Positions 42,081-53,768 of a stretch of DNA of 64,000 nucleotides are shown piece by piece. The notes beneath the pieces were generated by a model, which saw nothing but the letters and a program-made list of their open reading frames with translations, was not told the origin of the DNA and made no database searches. The stretch is taken from the NCBI GenBank assembly GCA_002269645.1, contig NIVC01002997.1, positions 62,001-126,000 of the forward strand, read 5' to 3'. Made by a program: the position numbers and the translations under genes. How positions within the stretch are numbered: the first letter of the stretch is position 1; each line of letters opens with the position of its first letter. The DNA comes from Macrostomum lignano (Eukaryota).

Positions 42081-43951
42081 CTAATTCGAAGTGCTGAACT
42101 CAATGCCTTCGTTCAGTGTACAATCTATAGTGGTAAAATGAATTGACAGCTTGTTTACTCGATAGAAGTCCAACAGCTGGTCCAAGCTATCGAACGCTTT
42201 TGTGTTCTCGCCTAGAGAACACTTGCCATTGCTTTCCACTATATTGATGTGCTTGATTTCGGTGCTGGTCTTCAAGGAAAGAGCTTTGCCGCCGGTCCTG
42301 CTGTTGCGAATCAGAAATGTCCCCTCGGGCCGATCTTTGAGAAGCTCTTTTGACCCGTCTCGCGACAGATTTCCGTGATCGACCTCTCGAGCTGGCAGGC
42401 CAACGAACCTCTGCATGCAGCGCAGGTGACAGCGGTTGTCGCAGTGGGCGCAGCTGTATCCTTGCATAAAAGAGCCGGGCAGAATCTCCTGGCATTCGGA
42501 GCACTGCGACCCTTCGGGTAGCGTCTTGAGCTCGAACTTGTGACCATTGGAGTTCCATCTGGTCGGTAAGTTTAAAGACTTTGCGTCCAGTAGAAGTTTT
42601 TTCCACTTTTCCAGCTCTTCTCGTCGTTTCTGACACTCGAGGACCACCCTGTCGCCATTTTTTCTTGAAATCTCAAGGCCTGATGCTTTGTCGCCGTTTT
42701 TTACGTTCGCGATGCTCTCGATTGGATGTGAAAAGCGTATGTGTTGCACTGGCACTCTTTCTTTTGCAATCTGGAGGCAAAAATCACCTGTTTCGTTGTT
42801 ACAAGGCAGGTGCAAGTTTGACTCTCAACCTTGCCCTGCTTTACCGTTTTCACCTTAAAGCACTCGTCGGCTAGATGAAGCCCAATCAGTGCTGGATCTG
42901 CAAGGTCTTTTGGAAGCTTGCATATCTGACCCAGAATGGCTTTCGTGACTGCGAGGTGCTCAGCTTGCCTTTTGTATTCATTGGCTCTGTTAAGAAGGTC
43001 CTGAACTCCTGCAACAACTTCGCCTATATCATTTGCTAAGTCAGGAAAGTCCTTTCCTGCAGCCTTCTGCAGGCGCTGAAAGAGCATGAGGCAGCTCGTC
43101 GGCTGACGGATCGGAGCGCTGAATAGAGCATGAAAAACCAGACCAACTTGACCGTTGCTGAAGTGCTTCTCAAGCTTGGTAATTTGGTGTTTTTGTACGG
43201 GTGATCTCTTGAACTCTTCTTCCATTCTATTTTGAGCAGTCGGCATGTGCGAAAAGTATTCCTTGTATATCTCTAGTTTGGGAACCATCTCACGAAATAG
43301 TGGTTTGAGCTGCTTGCAGAACTGCTCACAACCCTGGTCGGCAAGGGCGCTGAGCTTCTCGTGGAACTCTTTGTGAACCAGGTACAGCTGCTCCGTGTGC
43401 CGAAACACGACTTCGACGAACTCCTCGCTCCACTCTGACAGCAGTCCGAGCAGCTCTTGCCGATACAGAAGCAGCTTGGTGAGCTTGTCTACGAGAGCCT
43501 TCTCGTGGTCGCAGATCTCCTTGATGATGTTGTCCATCATTCCTCCACCGACGCTGATGTTTGACTGTCGCCTCGGCTTTGGAACAACTTGACCAGACTT
43601 GCTGACGAGTTTATGAATCGAACTCACCACCTTTTCAGGATTGCTCATCGTGAGCAGATCGTCCGGCTCGAACAGCTCGTCCTCGCACATTCCGAACTCT
43701 TCTTGACACTGTTCGACGAAGAATTTCAGGTTACTTTTAGCCATAAACTGCGAATTGATGGCGCTATACGTCCCATCGTCGTTCGAAATCCTTCCATTGC
43801 TCAGCTGCGTGAGCACTGTACAGAGTACGTCACCATCGCTCAGTAGCTGACAAAGATCTTGACTGTTTAGGCAGTCGGCAGCAAAGTCTGAGTCTGACAG
43901 TAGACGCTGAAGGCCTTGAATGCACTGTTGGATTTGGCTTTGGTTTGCCAT
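42081..43951 (-). CDS. Vav-like RhoGEF (CH-DH-PH-C1-SH2, no SH3), single-exon, copy 2; one 1 bp frameshift as assembled
   Basis: ATG at 43951 and the same domain order as copy 1. Adding one G to GG at 42724-25 fuses ORFs 42701-43951 and 42081-42815 (YAFHIPIESIANVK). Confidence 0.85.
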
Positions 43952-45713
43952 CGAACGGTCAGAGCGTAGTGCGTGCTTGAATAGCTTTTCGTTTCTTTTT
44001 TACTTTAGTAGACCGAAAGAGTAAGCCTAGAGCAGACCTTTAACTGGATTGGTTTCTTTTTTAGCTAGTAGTTGCAGCGGCAACTGATTTATTTGGATCT
44101 TGAATCTTAGATGCTAGTCATGTCCTATGCTCAATAAAGTCGTCTCTATTGCAGCATCTACGCTCAGAGGGAGAGTTCTGATAAATAGCTTGTGACCATG
44201 TGTACAAACAACTCGCTCAGAATGGGCAGATGGGGCTGGAGTGAAACGAACTATGCTATCCTGGTGTTGTCAAGTTCTCTACTTATTTTTTGGCATCGTG
44301 GGCTAGAAATTCCTACCATATGCTCGTATTTGTTTTCTACCCGCATGCATCGAGTTTGCAGGGTTGAGCGGAGAGATGCGCGCCTATCTCTGTTCTATTT
44401 TTAGTACTTACCTACTGGCCTATTGAAGGATGCGTTCGTAGCGAGAGACAGTTTATTGTCGACTATGTATATTCGAATACTGAATCCTTGTTCTTAGGCA
44501 AGAAAATGTATACCAACTATCCTTTATTCATGTGCGTGTACATTCGATTCTTTTTGGTTCATTGTATTTACATAATTAAACTGCAGCTTTCTGCAGTCAA
44601 CATCCGCTATTCAAAGAGGAAAAATTCTCAAGTCTCGTATTTTAGTTAGTAGTAGTTATACACTAATTTTTAGACTGGCTACTAGCAAAAAAGTAGTATT
44701 ATTATTTTCTGATAAAAATTATCGTCTACTTTGTTTGTTATGATATGAATTCAGGGCACTCGGATTTGCGTCGAATGCCTGCTGATTGATATAAGACCTA
44801 CTAACAGATTATTTTGTGCATTATTACGAGCTAAAATAGAAAATGCAGAGAGTGCACCTTGGCAAGAGAGAACTAAACTGACAAATAAGTTACGAAATCC
44901 ATCATGAAAAAATAGTTTCTGTTGATTACATATGAAGTACTGACTGACGGTTGTCTCGGGTGGTTTGGTAGGTCTTCAATATCCCACCGCTGCCACCAGT
45001 GAAGTAGTCACTCTTAGCTTCCCGATTTAGTTTCAGGCACTTAAAATCTACCTTTAAATTCCGGCGCCTCTTCAGTCGGAAGCTCTATAGTTGTAGAGTA
45101 GGTAGTGCTGCCACCATTCTGTCGGGTCTCGGCCTTCGGTGAGGGTGAGTTTCCTTCGGGACGAAATAACTAAGACGAGTGAGATTGAGATCTGTAGCTC
45201 AACCTACAAAGGCATCTCGTCAGCAGATCCTGTCGGGCTCAATGGGTGGTTGGGAGGGCAGGGTTAGCCTCTTGTCGGCTTGGGGCCTTTAGTTGGATGG
45301 TCAGGCTAGCACTTATAGGCTGGGAATCCCATTGCGCCATTGTGCGCAAGAACTCGTGATTCCTCCCTCCTACCTTAGAGAAGGCAGGCGGGACCCGGGA
45401 CACATTCTGCCGTAAACACAGACTAGCTCACATGACAAGGGAAAACAGGCCACCAACTGTGACCTCAAATGGAGCAAACCAAGAACAGACCACAGCAGAG
45501 ATGCCCATGGTAGCAAACAAAAGCACAGAGAAAACGCAGCACAGGGAAGTGTGGAACGCAGGCAGATCAAAAAGGGGAGGGAAGCTGCCCAGCGGCAGAC
45601 AGTAACCCAAAGCTGGGCGAGGGCGAGGGAAACTGCTGACAGTAGGGCGACGCCAGACACTAAACTAGCGACTAACAACACATAGCTGGTAATTATTCAT
45701 AGAAAATATGTGA

Positions 45714-46318
45714 TTAAATTTCATTGACTCTGAAAAACTTCAATCCAAGTGGCCTTTCACCAGCGTCGTTAAAGTGCAGCTTCAAGGAGGCGTCGAAGTA
45801 GGGCAGCATGACGCACTCGAGCTTGGCTGGGTGCCAGTAGAGTCCGACGCAGTCCGGTCCAAAGATGCAGCAGCTGATTGTGCAGTCGAATACGCTGGGA
45901 ATTCTAGAAATTGAACATCCCAGATCTATCTGGTCGATCAAACTTAGGATTCACTGATTTTACAGTCGGATCCACGAAACTATAGAAAGGATTCACAGAC
46001 GTACATCTCTCAGATCTCCGATTTTTTACACTCCTTATCACTCCTTAATCCACTTGGCACCATGTCGATGATCGCAGCGGAGAGTTTCATGACCTTGGGC
46101 TTGGGCTTGCTGATCATCTCTACTCCCGCGGCGTGACAGGCCTTCACAGCGTCTCAGAATGTCACAAGTGTTGCATTGAGCTCCGTGATGCACCAGGTTG
46201 TCTCGGCGCTATTCAATGAAATCGCACCACTGGGGCAACCTCGAGCTTGCGTAATTGCGAGCAGAATTATAAAAATCGCGATGGCTTGTTGACTTGAAAT
46301 TTGTGCCTCGGAACGCAT
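45714..46318 (-). pseudogene. Degenerate C-type lectin/PAN-like paralog
   Basis: Reads MRSEAQISSQQAIAIFIILLAITQARGCP...WCITE...TF*DAVKACHAAGVEMISKP, with TGA at 46156-54 where the paralogs have Cys. The CTLD core is deleted. The C-terminus CVGLYWHPAKLECVMLPYFDASL matches the paralogs. Confidence 0.78.
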
Positions 46319-46876
46319 ATTCTTGTCTTCGGAAATAACGATTGAGCTTTCAGATTACAGATTTGGGTCAACAGAGTCTTTATGGAGCAAAGCTCAGAGC
46401 GCTGGCTTCTTTGCTTAAAGCAATTTTTCGCGTGTAACAATCCCGGACGTCTGTCTAAGGAGCTTTGCCTAGGCAAACACAGAATGCGTTTACTAAATTT
46501 CTGCACATCCGCGTTGGTAGCTACAAGACTCTAGATCCTGTAGAACTCTTCTGTGTAATGTCCGGAAGCCTTCCTGTGTAATGTCTGGAGCAACCAACCT
46601 GTTTTCTTGTCACGGTTGTCACGACAAATCCTAAGATATTCTGCCTCAGACAATATGATTGAGCAATACGAGATAAGATCGAACTTGAAAAGCCCACATA
46701 TCAGCTGTCTTGAAAGCTTTCACGCATCTGTGTCATATGTCAGCACTATCTGCCTTCTCGTGCATTTGAACTCCGACAAGAAACACTGGGTATACGTAGG
46801 AGGTTTCTTGGGACTTTGAAAATTTATTTTATTTTGTAAACATTATCTACATATAGTACGAGTGTAGATTTAAGCA

Positions 46877-47659
46877 TCACATTAGACGCAGATACTTCGT
46901 CCACTGCATCTGCTCAAGATTGTTGGCGGAAAACTCCGAGGCATTGAGCGGCAGGCTGGCGTCAAAGTGAGGCAGCAGGACGCACTGCCTCCTTGTCGGA
47001 TGCCAGTAGAATCCGATGCAGTCACCAAAACGATATTTGAGGCAGAACTGAGCGCAGTTTAAGTAGAATCTGGCAGCCGGCTCCTTGATCCAGCAACCAG
47101 GGTCAAGTTGGTAGCGCACGGCGATTTCCACTCGCACGAATTTTCCGCTGTCCAGTTTTGTCGTCAACCGATCGGCCGCAGCACTGTCCGAGTAGCAGTA
47201 CACAAAGTGGGTCGCTGAGCATGAATCATCTCTCAGCTGTCCGTTCGTGCTGGAATATGTCGTTACGCAGTCCTGGTTGTAGGCATTATTTGGCTCGTTC
47301 GTCTCAAAGTAGTTTTCGGTTCCCGTCGTTACGTCGCCATCCTTGATCCATATCCAACCAGCTTTGCTCTTGTCTCTCTCATCGAGCGCGTCGACCAATC
47401 CGACCCACCACTGCTCGGGTGGAATGTTGCCGGCTGACTTCATGTCGTCATACACCGTCTTGCTGATCATCTCCTGGCCGTTGGAGTGGCACACTTTAAC
47501 CGCCTCGCAGAAAGTCCTTCTGACATCGGTGTACTTCTTGACGCACCACGGCTTCGAAGTGTGCCCAACCTGGGTCATGTCAGGTGGACAAGACGACGCA
47601 GTAAGCATCACCAGCTGAGCAGCCAGCAGAGGAATCGAGAGATAAGCTACAAAGCTCAT
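46877..47659 (-). CDS. Secreted C-type lectin (EPN) + PAN/apple-like domain protein, copy 1, 260 aa, single exon
   Basis: Hydrophobic signal peptide. CTLD motifs WC..., WWVGL, EPNN, DCV, DDSC...YC. C-terminal Cys module C..C-x3-C..C.GFYW....CVL. Confidence 0.88.
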   Translation of the reverse strand: MSFVAYLSIPLLAAQLVMLTASSCPPDMTQVGHTSKPWCVKKYTDVRRTFCEAVKVCHSNGQEMISKTVYDDMKSAGNIPPEQWWVGLVDALDERDKSKAGWIWIKDGDVTTGTENYFETNEPNNAYNQDCVTTYSSTNGQLRDDSCSATHFVYCYSDSAAADRLTTKLDSGKFVRVEIAVRYQLDPGCWIKEPAARFYLNCAQFCLKYRFGDCIGFYWHPTRRQCVLLPHFDASLPLNASEFSANNLEQMQWTKYLRLM

Positions 47660-48229
47660 GCTATTGGAGAAGTCAGTTTGTCTAAGTTAGAAATTTGCAA
47701 GTCTCGCCAGAAGCTTTCGGTCCACGCTCCCGACTTTATTTGATACAAGCCAAGGGTTTTCTCTCCCTCATCCGCTTTTTCTACTTTACAAAGCTGTTGT
47801 GCGTTGCTAGGAGCAACAATGTCAACTTAACGCAGCGAGTTTTTGATAAAAAAACTAAGCAGAGCTTGCGTCTCACATCCGGGCTGCTATTCGTAGAAGT
47901 CACGACTTTGTGTTCCGGCTTTTTTATGCACAAACTGAAGCATCCCATTGACGGGTTTGTAGGACCAAAAAGTTCCGTTTTACCCATCACGCGGAGAATT
48001 TTTTAAATAAAATATACCTAAATAGAAGTGAACCAATTTACTATTCGTTGCATACTTATGACTTACTTGTCTTAGCTGAATTGCGCGCCGGGCATCAGGG
48101 AGGAGGGTTACATTCCGTAACCCATGGGGACTGCGGGAAACACGTTAGCTCACTTCTCTCTGTGCTTGGATGCCACATAATAGTTAATCCGAGTTGTGAC
48201 AACGGTGGTGTGGGGCTGGGGGCCACGGG

Positions 48230-48560
48230 CAGGGGACCAGTAAAAGACCCGGTCGGGCCAGCCTTGGCCAGGCGATCGGCCAGCTTGTTACCGAGGTGGC
48301 CTGAGAGCCCAAGGTAGGGGCACCTTGTTGGAGACGCAGTCTGAGTGGAGGCTGATCTTTTTTCAAGACTTGCTGATTTTTCAGCTCCATGACACAGGAG
48401 CTGAGGGCGAGAACTTCGTTCTAAAAAACGGTGGAGCAGGTGCCGTTGTGTTGGGAGAAGGTCGCCACAGTTTTAACTCCAGACACAATGCAGTAGCGGT
48501 AGCCAGAGGCGGAGTTGATTTGGGACCCATCAGTGAAGCTGTGGATTTCACGGAGCTTCC
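48230..48560 (-). mobile_element. Degenerate RNase H domain of a non-LTR retrotransposon
   Basis: The reverse strand reads IHSFTDGSQ...STVF*NEVLAL...ISLHSDC...GHLGNKLADRLAKAG, an RNase HI motif series with a stop and frameshifts. Confidence 0.72.
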
Positions 48561-49806
48561 AGTTGTCCCTTGCTACCTGGCGTGGTAGAATGCTGGTATT
48601 GAATTTAGGCGGAGGGCAGAGCGTGGACGGGTTTCCAGCCGAGAGGGTCAGCAGTCCTCCCGCTGCATTCTTCTTACAAGTGTGGGGCCCGCTACTTGCA
48701 TTTCAGCAAATGCATAATTATGATGCTAATACGAGCTGTTTTTATCGATTGATGTCAAGAACTGGCAAGTAGTTGCGCTAATAGCGTCGCTGTTGCTTGT
48801 GCTCAAAAACAGACTATGCAGCATTAAATTCAGAGAAAAAGCTACCCTGCCTTATTAGCTGCCGATTGATAAACCCGTACCTGTGCCATCGTTGACCTAT
48901 TGAAAACTATGTACAGGTAAAAGAGCGGCTAGTATTCGTTAAATGACTTTTTGTTTCTTTGACAGCAAAGAAGCGAAGCAGTACATACCAAACTTATTCA
49001 TGCAACTGAAGCAAGCAGGTCGCTTCTGCAAGCATTCGAGTCATTGAAACAGATGACCCGAGACCGAAATTATTAGACTTGTCTCAGGGGGACTACAGAG
49101 GTTTCTTACAACTTTTCTTACTACAAGGTTTCTTAAAGACAAACAACATACGTTGCGTTGGAAGAATTGCGTCGAATCGAAGAGGGACTACGTCGAGAAG
49201 TGTGACAACTTTGAAGACTCTGATTCACTGTGTTTGCTAGGGCAAAAAGTCTCAGAACTTTCGGAACGCCCCTCGTGCAAGAACTTGGTTCAATTCGCCA
49301 CAGAAAATTCTATATGCGGTTGAAAAGTGTTTTACCAATAGGAATAAAATACCAAGTAAGTGTCAATATTCAAATTGAGAGTAATCTGTAAACGAGTGTA
49401 GAGTAGTACACTGAAAATAAGTTTACAAAACTGGAGTTGCGCAATTAGCTAAAAAAAAAAGAAGACAATCATTCGATAGCTAGTCAACACTTTTGATGGA
49501 CCTCATTCAGATGAAAATTAAGTAGTTTTGGCAACAGAGCAGAATGTGAACAGAATTGAATAAAAAACGAAAAAAAGATTTTAGCAGCGGCTAGAGACAT
49601 TTCAAAACGAATTTTCATGTTGTGAATAATTTTGTTTTTAAGAAGGGTTTTTCCAAAAAATATCATGTTTAAGTAAAACAGATTAGGTGCTATTATTTTA
49701 GGGGAGGCAATTTTATTTTATGATTTAATTATTAACATCTATATTTGTCTTCGGTTTCATTCTTCTAATTCCGTTTCAGCATTACTGTCGCTCCGAATCC
49801 ACTTCA

Positions 49807-50592
49807 TCACGTCGTTTTGTGCAGATACTTCGTCCAGTGCAAATTCTCCGTTTCGTTGGCAGAAAAGTCTGATCCGTCGAGCGGTAGGCTGGCGTCAAAG
49901 TGAGGCAGCAGGACGCACTGCCTCCTTGTCGGATGCCAGTAGAATCCGACGCAGTCGTTAAAATCGAACTGAAAGCAAGTCAAGGTGCAATCAGCGAGAG
50001 TCTTGGCAGCCGGCACCTTGATCCAGCAACCAGGGTCAAGTTGATGGCGCACGGCGATTTCCACTCGCACGAATTTTCCGCTGTCCAGTTTTGTCGTCAA
50101 CCGATCGGCCGCAGCACTGTCCGAGTAGCAGTACACAAAGTGGGTCGCTGAGCATGAATCATCTCTCAGCTGTCCGTTTGTGCTGGAATATGTCGTTACG
50201 CAGTCCTGGTTGTAGGCATTATTTGGCTCGTTCGTCTCAAAGTAGTTTTCGGTTCCCGTCGTTACGTCGCCATCCTTGATCCATATCCAACCAGTTTTGC
50301 TCTTGTCTCTCTCATCGAGCGCGTCGACCAATCCGACCCACCACTGCTCGGGTGGAATGTTGCCGGCTGACTTCATGTCGTCATACACCGTCTTGCTGAT
50401 CATCTCCTGGCCGTTGGAGTGGCACACTTTAACCGCCTCGCAGAAAGTCCTTCTGACATCGGTGTACTTCTTGACGCACCACGGCTTCGAAGTGTGCCCA
50501 ACCTGGGTCATGTCAGGTGGACAAGACGACGCAGTAAGCATCACCAGCTGAGCAGCCAGCAGAGGAATCGAGAGATAAGCTACAAAGCTCAT
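49807..50592 (-). CDS. Secreted C-type lectin (EPN) + PAN/apple-like domain protein, copy 2, 261 aa, single exon
   Basis: Near-identical to copy 1 over the signal peptide, the CTLD and about 177 bp upstream. The C-terminal module differs. Confidence 0.88.
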   Translation of the reverse strand: MSFVAYLSIPLLAAQLVMLTASSCPPDMTQVGHTSKPWCVKKYTDVRRTFCEAVKVCHSNGQEMISKTVYDDMKSAGNIPPEQWWVGLVDALDERDKSKTGWIWIKDGDVTTGTENYFETNEPNNAYNQDCVTTYSSTNGQLRDDSCSATHFVYCYSDSAAADRLTTKLDSGKFVRVEIAVRHQLDPGCWIKVPAAKTLADCTLTCFQFDFNDCVGFYWHPTRRQCVLLPHFDASLPLDGSDFSANETENLHWTKYLHKTT

Positions 50593-51537
50593 GCTATTGG
50601 AGAAGTCAGTTTGTCTAAGTTAGAAATTTGCAAGTCTCGCCAGAAGCTTTCGGTCCACGCTCCCGACTTTATTTGATACAAGCCAAGGGTTTTCTCTCCC
50701 TCATCCGCTTTTTCTACTTTACAAAGCTGTTGTGCGTTGCTAGGAGCAACAATGTCAACTTAACGCAGCAAGTTTTTTTATGATGAAGTTGCGACTTTGT
50801 CTTCCGGTTTATCTTACGAGACTTCACCTCCAGTTTACAGGATGCATGTAGGAAACCCGTTGATTTTTTATTTAGCCTCACCTGTACGCATGTTTTGTTG
50901 TTGAGTGGTCCAAGCTTCGTTTAGGAAGAGCGACAGAACAATTTTCTATGAGAAGAATAGCAAACATTAAAGATATTTTTACAGATGTCGTTTTTATTGA
51001 CGCATAATTTTAATGGATTTTCAGTTTTGTTGCATTTTTTCTGATATCCAGATGACATGACATATGAATTATAGACATGGTAGACATGCCTCTTGGCCAG
51101 TGAGATCTCTCTCCAGATTCTAAATGCATTAGTACTCCTTGGACATGCGGGGAGTAGCTTGCGAAAGGAACTAAGCTGATTTCTCTGCCTACCTTGACGG
51201 ATCATGCCCGCCCCTAATCCGCGCACACAAAGCCAGAGAAAAAGCATCCGTGAAGCAGTGGCAATAAAACCCAGTATTTCCTTTCCATTGTTTCAGCAGC
51301 TGCTATTGTTGCCTTCACAACTGCGACACAGAGGCCGCGAAAAACAATGCAATTTTAGCAAAGTTTTCGGAAACTATAGAAGATTTTTTTAAATGCAAAA
51401 ACTAGCTCTTGCAATTTTAAAGCAGGGGTGCGAAAACCAGTGGCTAGAAGCCTACAAAACTAATTAGAATGAGTCCTGTGGATCGGTCTATGCGGTTGCT
51501 GCCCGATGACTAAGCTCTTTGGCCACATACGATTATA

Positions 51538-52168
51538 CAAAGGGTGCTAGCTGGATAGTGATCGTTTGGGCACTACTTTCTACAACAGCATCTAAATTGC
51601 CTAAAGGAGCAGGTAGTTTAAAGAAAAACTATCAATGGTCTAGTTGAGTGTTGATTTTTTTCTCTAGCACTTTTATTAGCTGAGTTATGGCCCATCACGT
51701 GGTGATATCTATGGCCATAAATTGCGATTTCACTAGCTGCGGGTGACAGATCGCCAGACATGTCACCCTGCGACTACAGAGTATTTGGCGCATTCAAGCA
51801 GCTCATAAGGGGTCGAGTGCGAGTACATTGAGGGAATGAAGGAGGAGGATTGCGATTATTGTGATGACATTTGATTATATTGCTTGAGATGTTTCAAGAA
51901 CGGTTGTGTCCCCGTTTGACCCCTGACCCTCCAATCCTAGCGGCTTTAAACTTTTATCTTTCAGCAGCTGGTGAAAATCGCAATTTATTTCCGTGGATAT
52001 CACCACGTGATGGGCCATAACTCAGCTAATAAAAGTGCTAGAGAAAAAAATCAACACTCAACTAGACCATTGATAGTTTTTCTTTAAACTACCTGCTCCT
52101 TTAGGCAATTTAGATGCTGTTGTAGAAAGTAGTGCCCAAACGATCACTATCCCAGCTAGCACCCTTTG
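51538..52168 (+). mobile_element. Internally deleted mariner-like element with about 172 bp near-perfect TIRs and TA TSD
   Basis: TA|CAAAGGGTGCTAGC...GCTAGCACCCTTTG|TA. TIRs at 51538-51709 and 51996-52168. The internal relic SPDMSPCDYRVFGAFKQLIRGR resembles the mariner YSPDLAPCDY motif. Confidence 0.88.
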
Positions 52169-53768
52169 TATTATAAAGTAGCATGTCCATGAAAGTCACC
52201 ACATAAGCGTCTACTGCATTATCATCTCCTTAGTGTTTTCCTAACTGGTATTTGTTGCCTCTTTCAAGCGCAAAATGTTGCTTGAGTGGATGAACGGTTT
52301 AGCAAACTATATGTATGTTTAAAAAGCCTTCATGAAAAGACCCTACTAAAACTGTTTAGCTAGTCTTTTAGGAATGTAATTTTTCCTCTTTGAAAAATTC
52401 TGCCAAATTTTACGAACTAGAGAAAGGAATCATTTCAGCCTTTGCTGAAATGCTTTGCTTTGCGTTCGCTCCCCGGAAATTGATAGCTAGAAGTGATGCT
52501 TTGTTTAATTTTTTGTCTTACTTTTGTCTTCGGAGAAATTCCTCTATCGATTTTTCCGAGAAACCTATGCGCTTCTATAAGCAAGGCAAGCTAGATAGCC
52601 CTGCTATAGCAGGAAATACTGATGATGACAATGGGCTGGGTTTTCTTGCGCAAAGTTTGAAAATCTTCAAAACAAAAGAGAAGCGAGGAAGTTCCACAAA
52701 CTTGGTAGAGGTTGGAAAACATAAAAAGCAAAAATATCAGCTGACTCTTTTGTTAAAAACATCGAACTCAAATTTTGGGAGTCTTGAGACTGGCTCTAAA
52801 CCATGCAGGGACCATTAGAAAACTGTAGCTACCTGGACTAGAAACAACCTCCACGAATACACGCGTTACTAACAGAGACTTTACGAAACTCAAGATTTTA
52901 ATTCATTCCCGCCTTAGCATCTTTTTTAGTGTCCAATGAAAACAGGGCAAAGAAGTTGAATTTTTGAGTTTTAAAATACGAGTAGCCATGGGAGCGTAAA
53001 ATGATTACCAAGGTAAAAACTGGATAAGATTTTGCGAAAGTCTTATTAATAATCTCATTTTTAATCTTTTCGTAACCAGGGACTGTCCTAAAAAGCAGCC
53101 AAATTTTGTGCAATAAACATTTTCACTTGATTTGTATTCAAAATACTGGTAAGTATGGGACTACGTGGACTTGATAATACTGCTCACAGAGCTGTTACAT
53201 ACAGACTCAGCTTGTTTCCAACTCACTAAAGAAGAGCAAAGTTCTTAGTGCTCACACCTGCACTACGTGTTTGTACAAGCACAAACAGCGCTGACTGGTA
53301 CTTGGAAATTTATATCAATGCAAGAGCTTTGGACACCTGATTATTTTTATCTCGTGTGCAGCGCTAATTCGGTTGCATAGGCAAGGCAAAATTAGCTCGT
53401 AGACAAGTCACATTGATTGCTTTTTTGAGATGCTGGGAACAGAAAGTTTTGTTAATCTGGGTAGCGGAAATCTTTCCATATATTTTGTCGAGTTGATTCG
53501 AGTATTATTAGTTTTTAGAAAGGATAAAGCGGATATAATAAATATAAGCACTACAAATACGGAATAAATTTAGATTTAAAATAAGGTATAAGCTGCTGGG
53601 TTGATATTGATAGAGAGCTTAACTGTAAGATAATAACATTTTTTACTAAAAAGGGCTTTAACAGAAGTTCGTAAAAATGGTGAAGCTTATATTGAACTTT
53701 AGAAACTCTAAAAGTGAGTTAAGTGTTTGTTATTAATTTTAAGTTTTCATATCCTCTTCTCTGTCGGT

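Noticed and set aside
45141-45170. Hammerhead-ribozyme-like GAG-TTTCC-TTCG-GGAC-GAAA
   Set aside because: The CUGANGA core is absent, and stems I and III could not be formed by eye.
45370-45681. Hydrophobic 103 aa ORF
   Set aside because: No recognisable family motif, a competing hydrophobic frame exists, and the context looks like a degenerate repeat.
52390-52818. 142 aa ORF
   Set aside because: TTG start, AT-rich composition and no motif. Probably a chance ORF.
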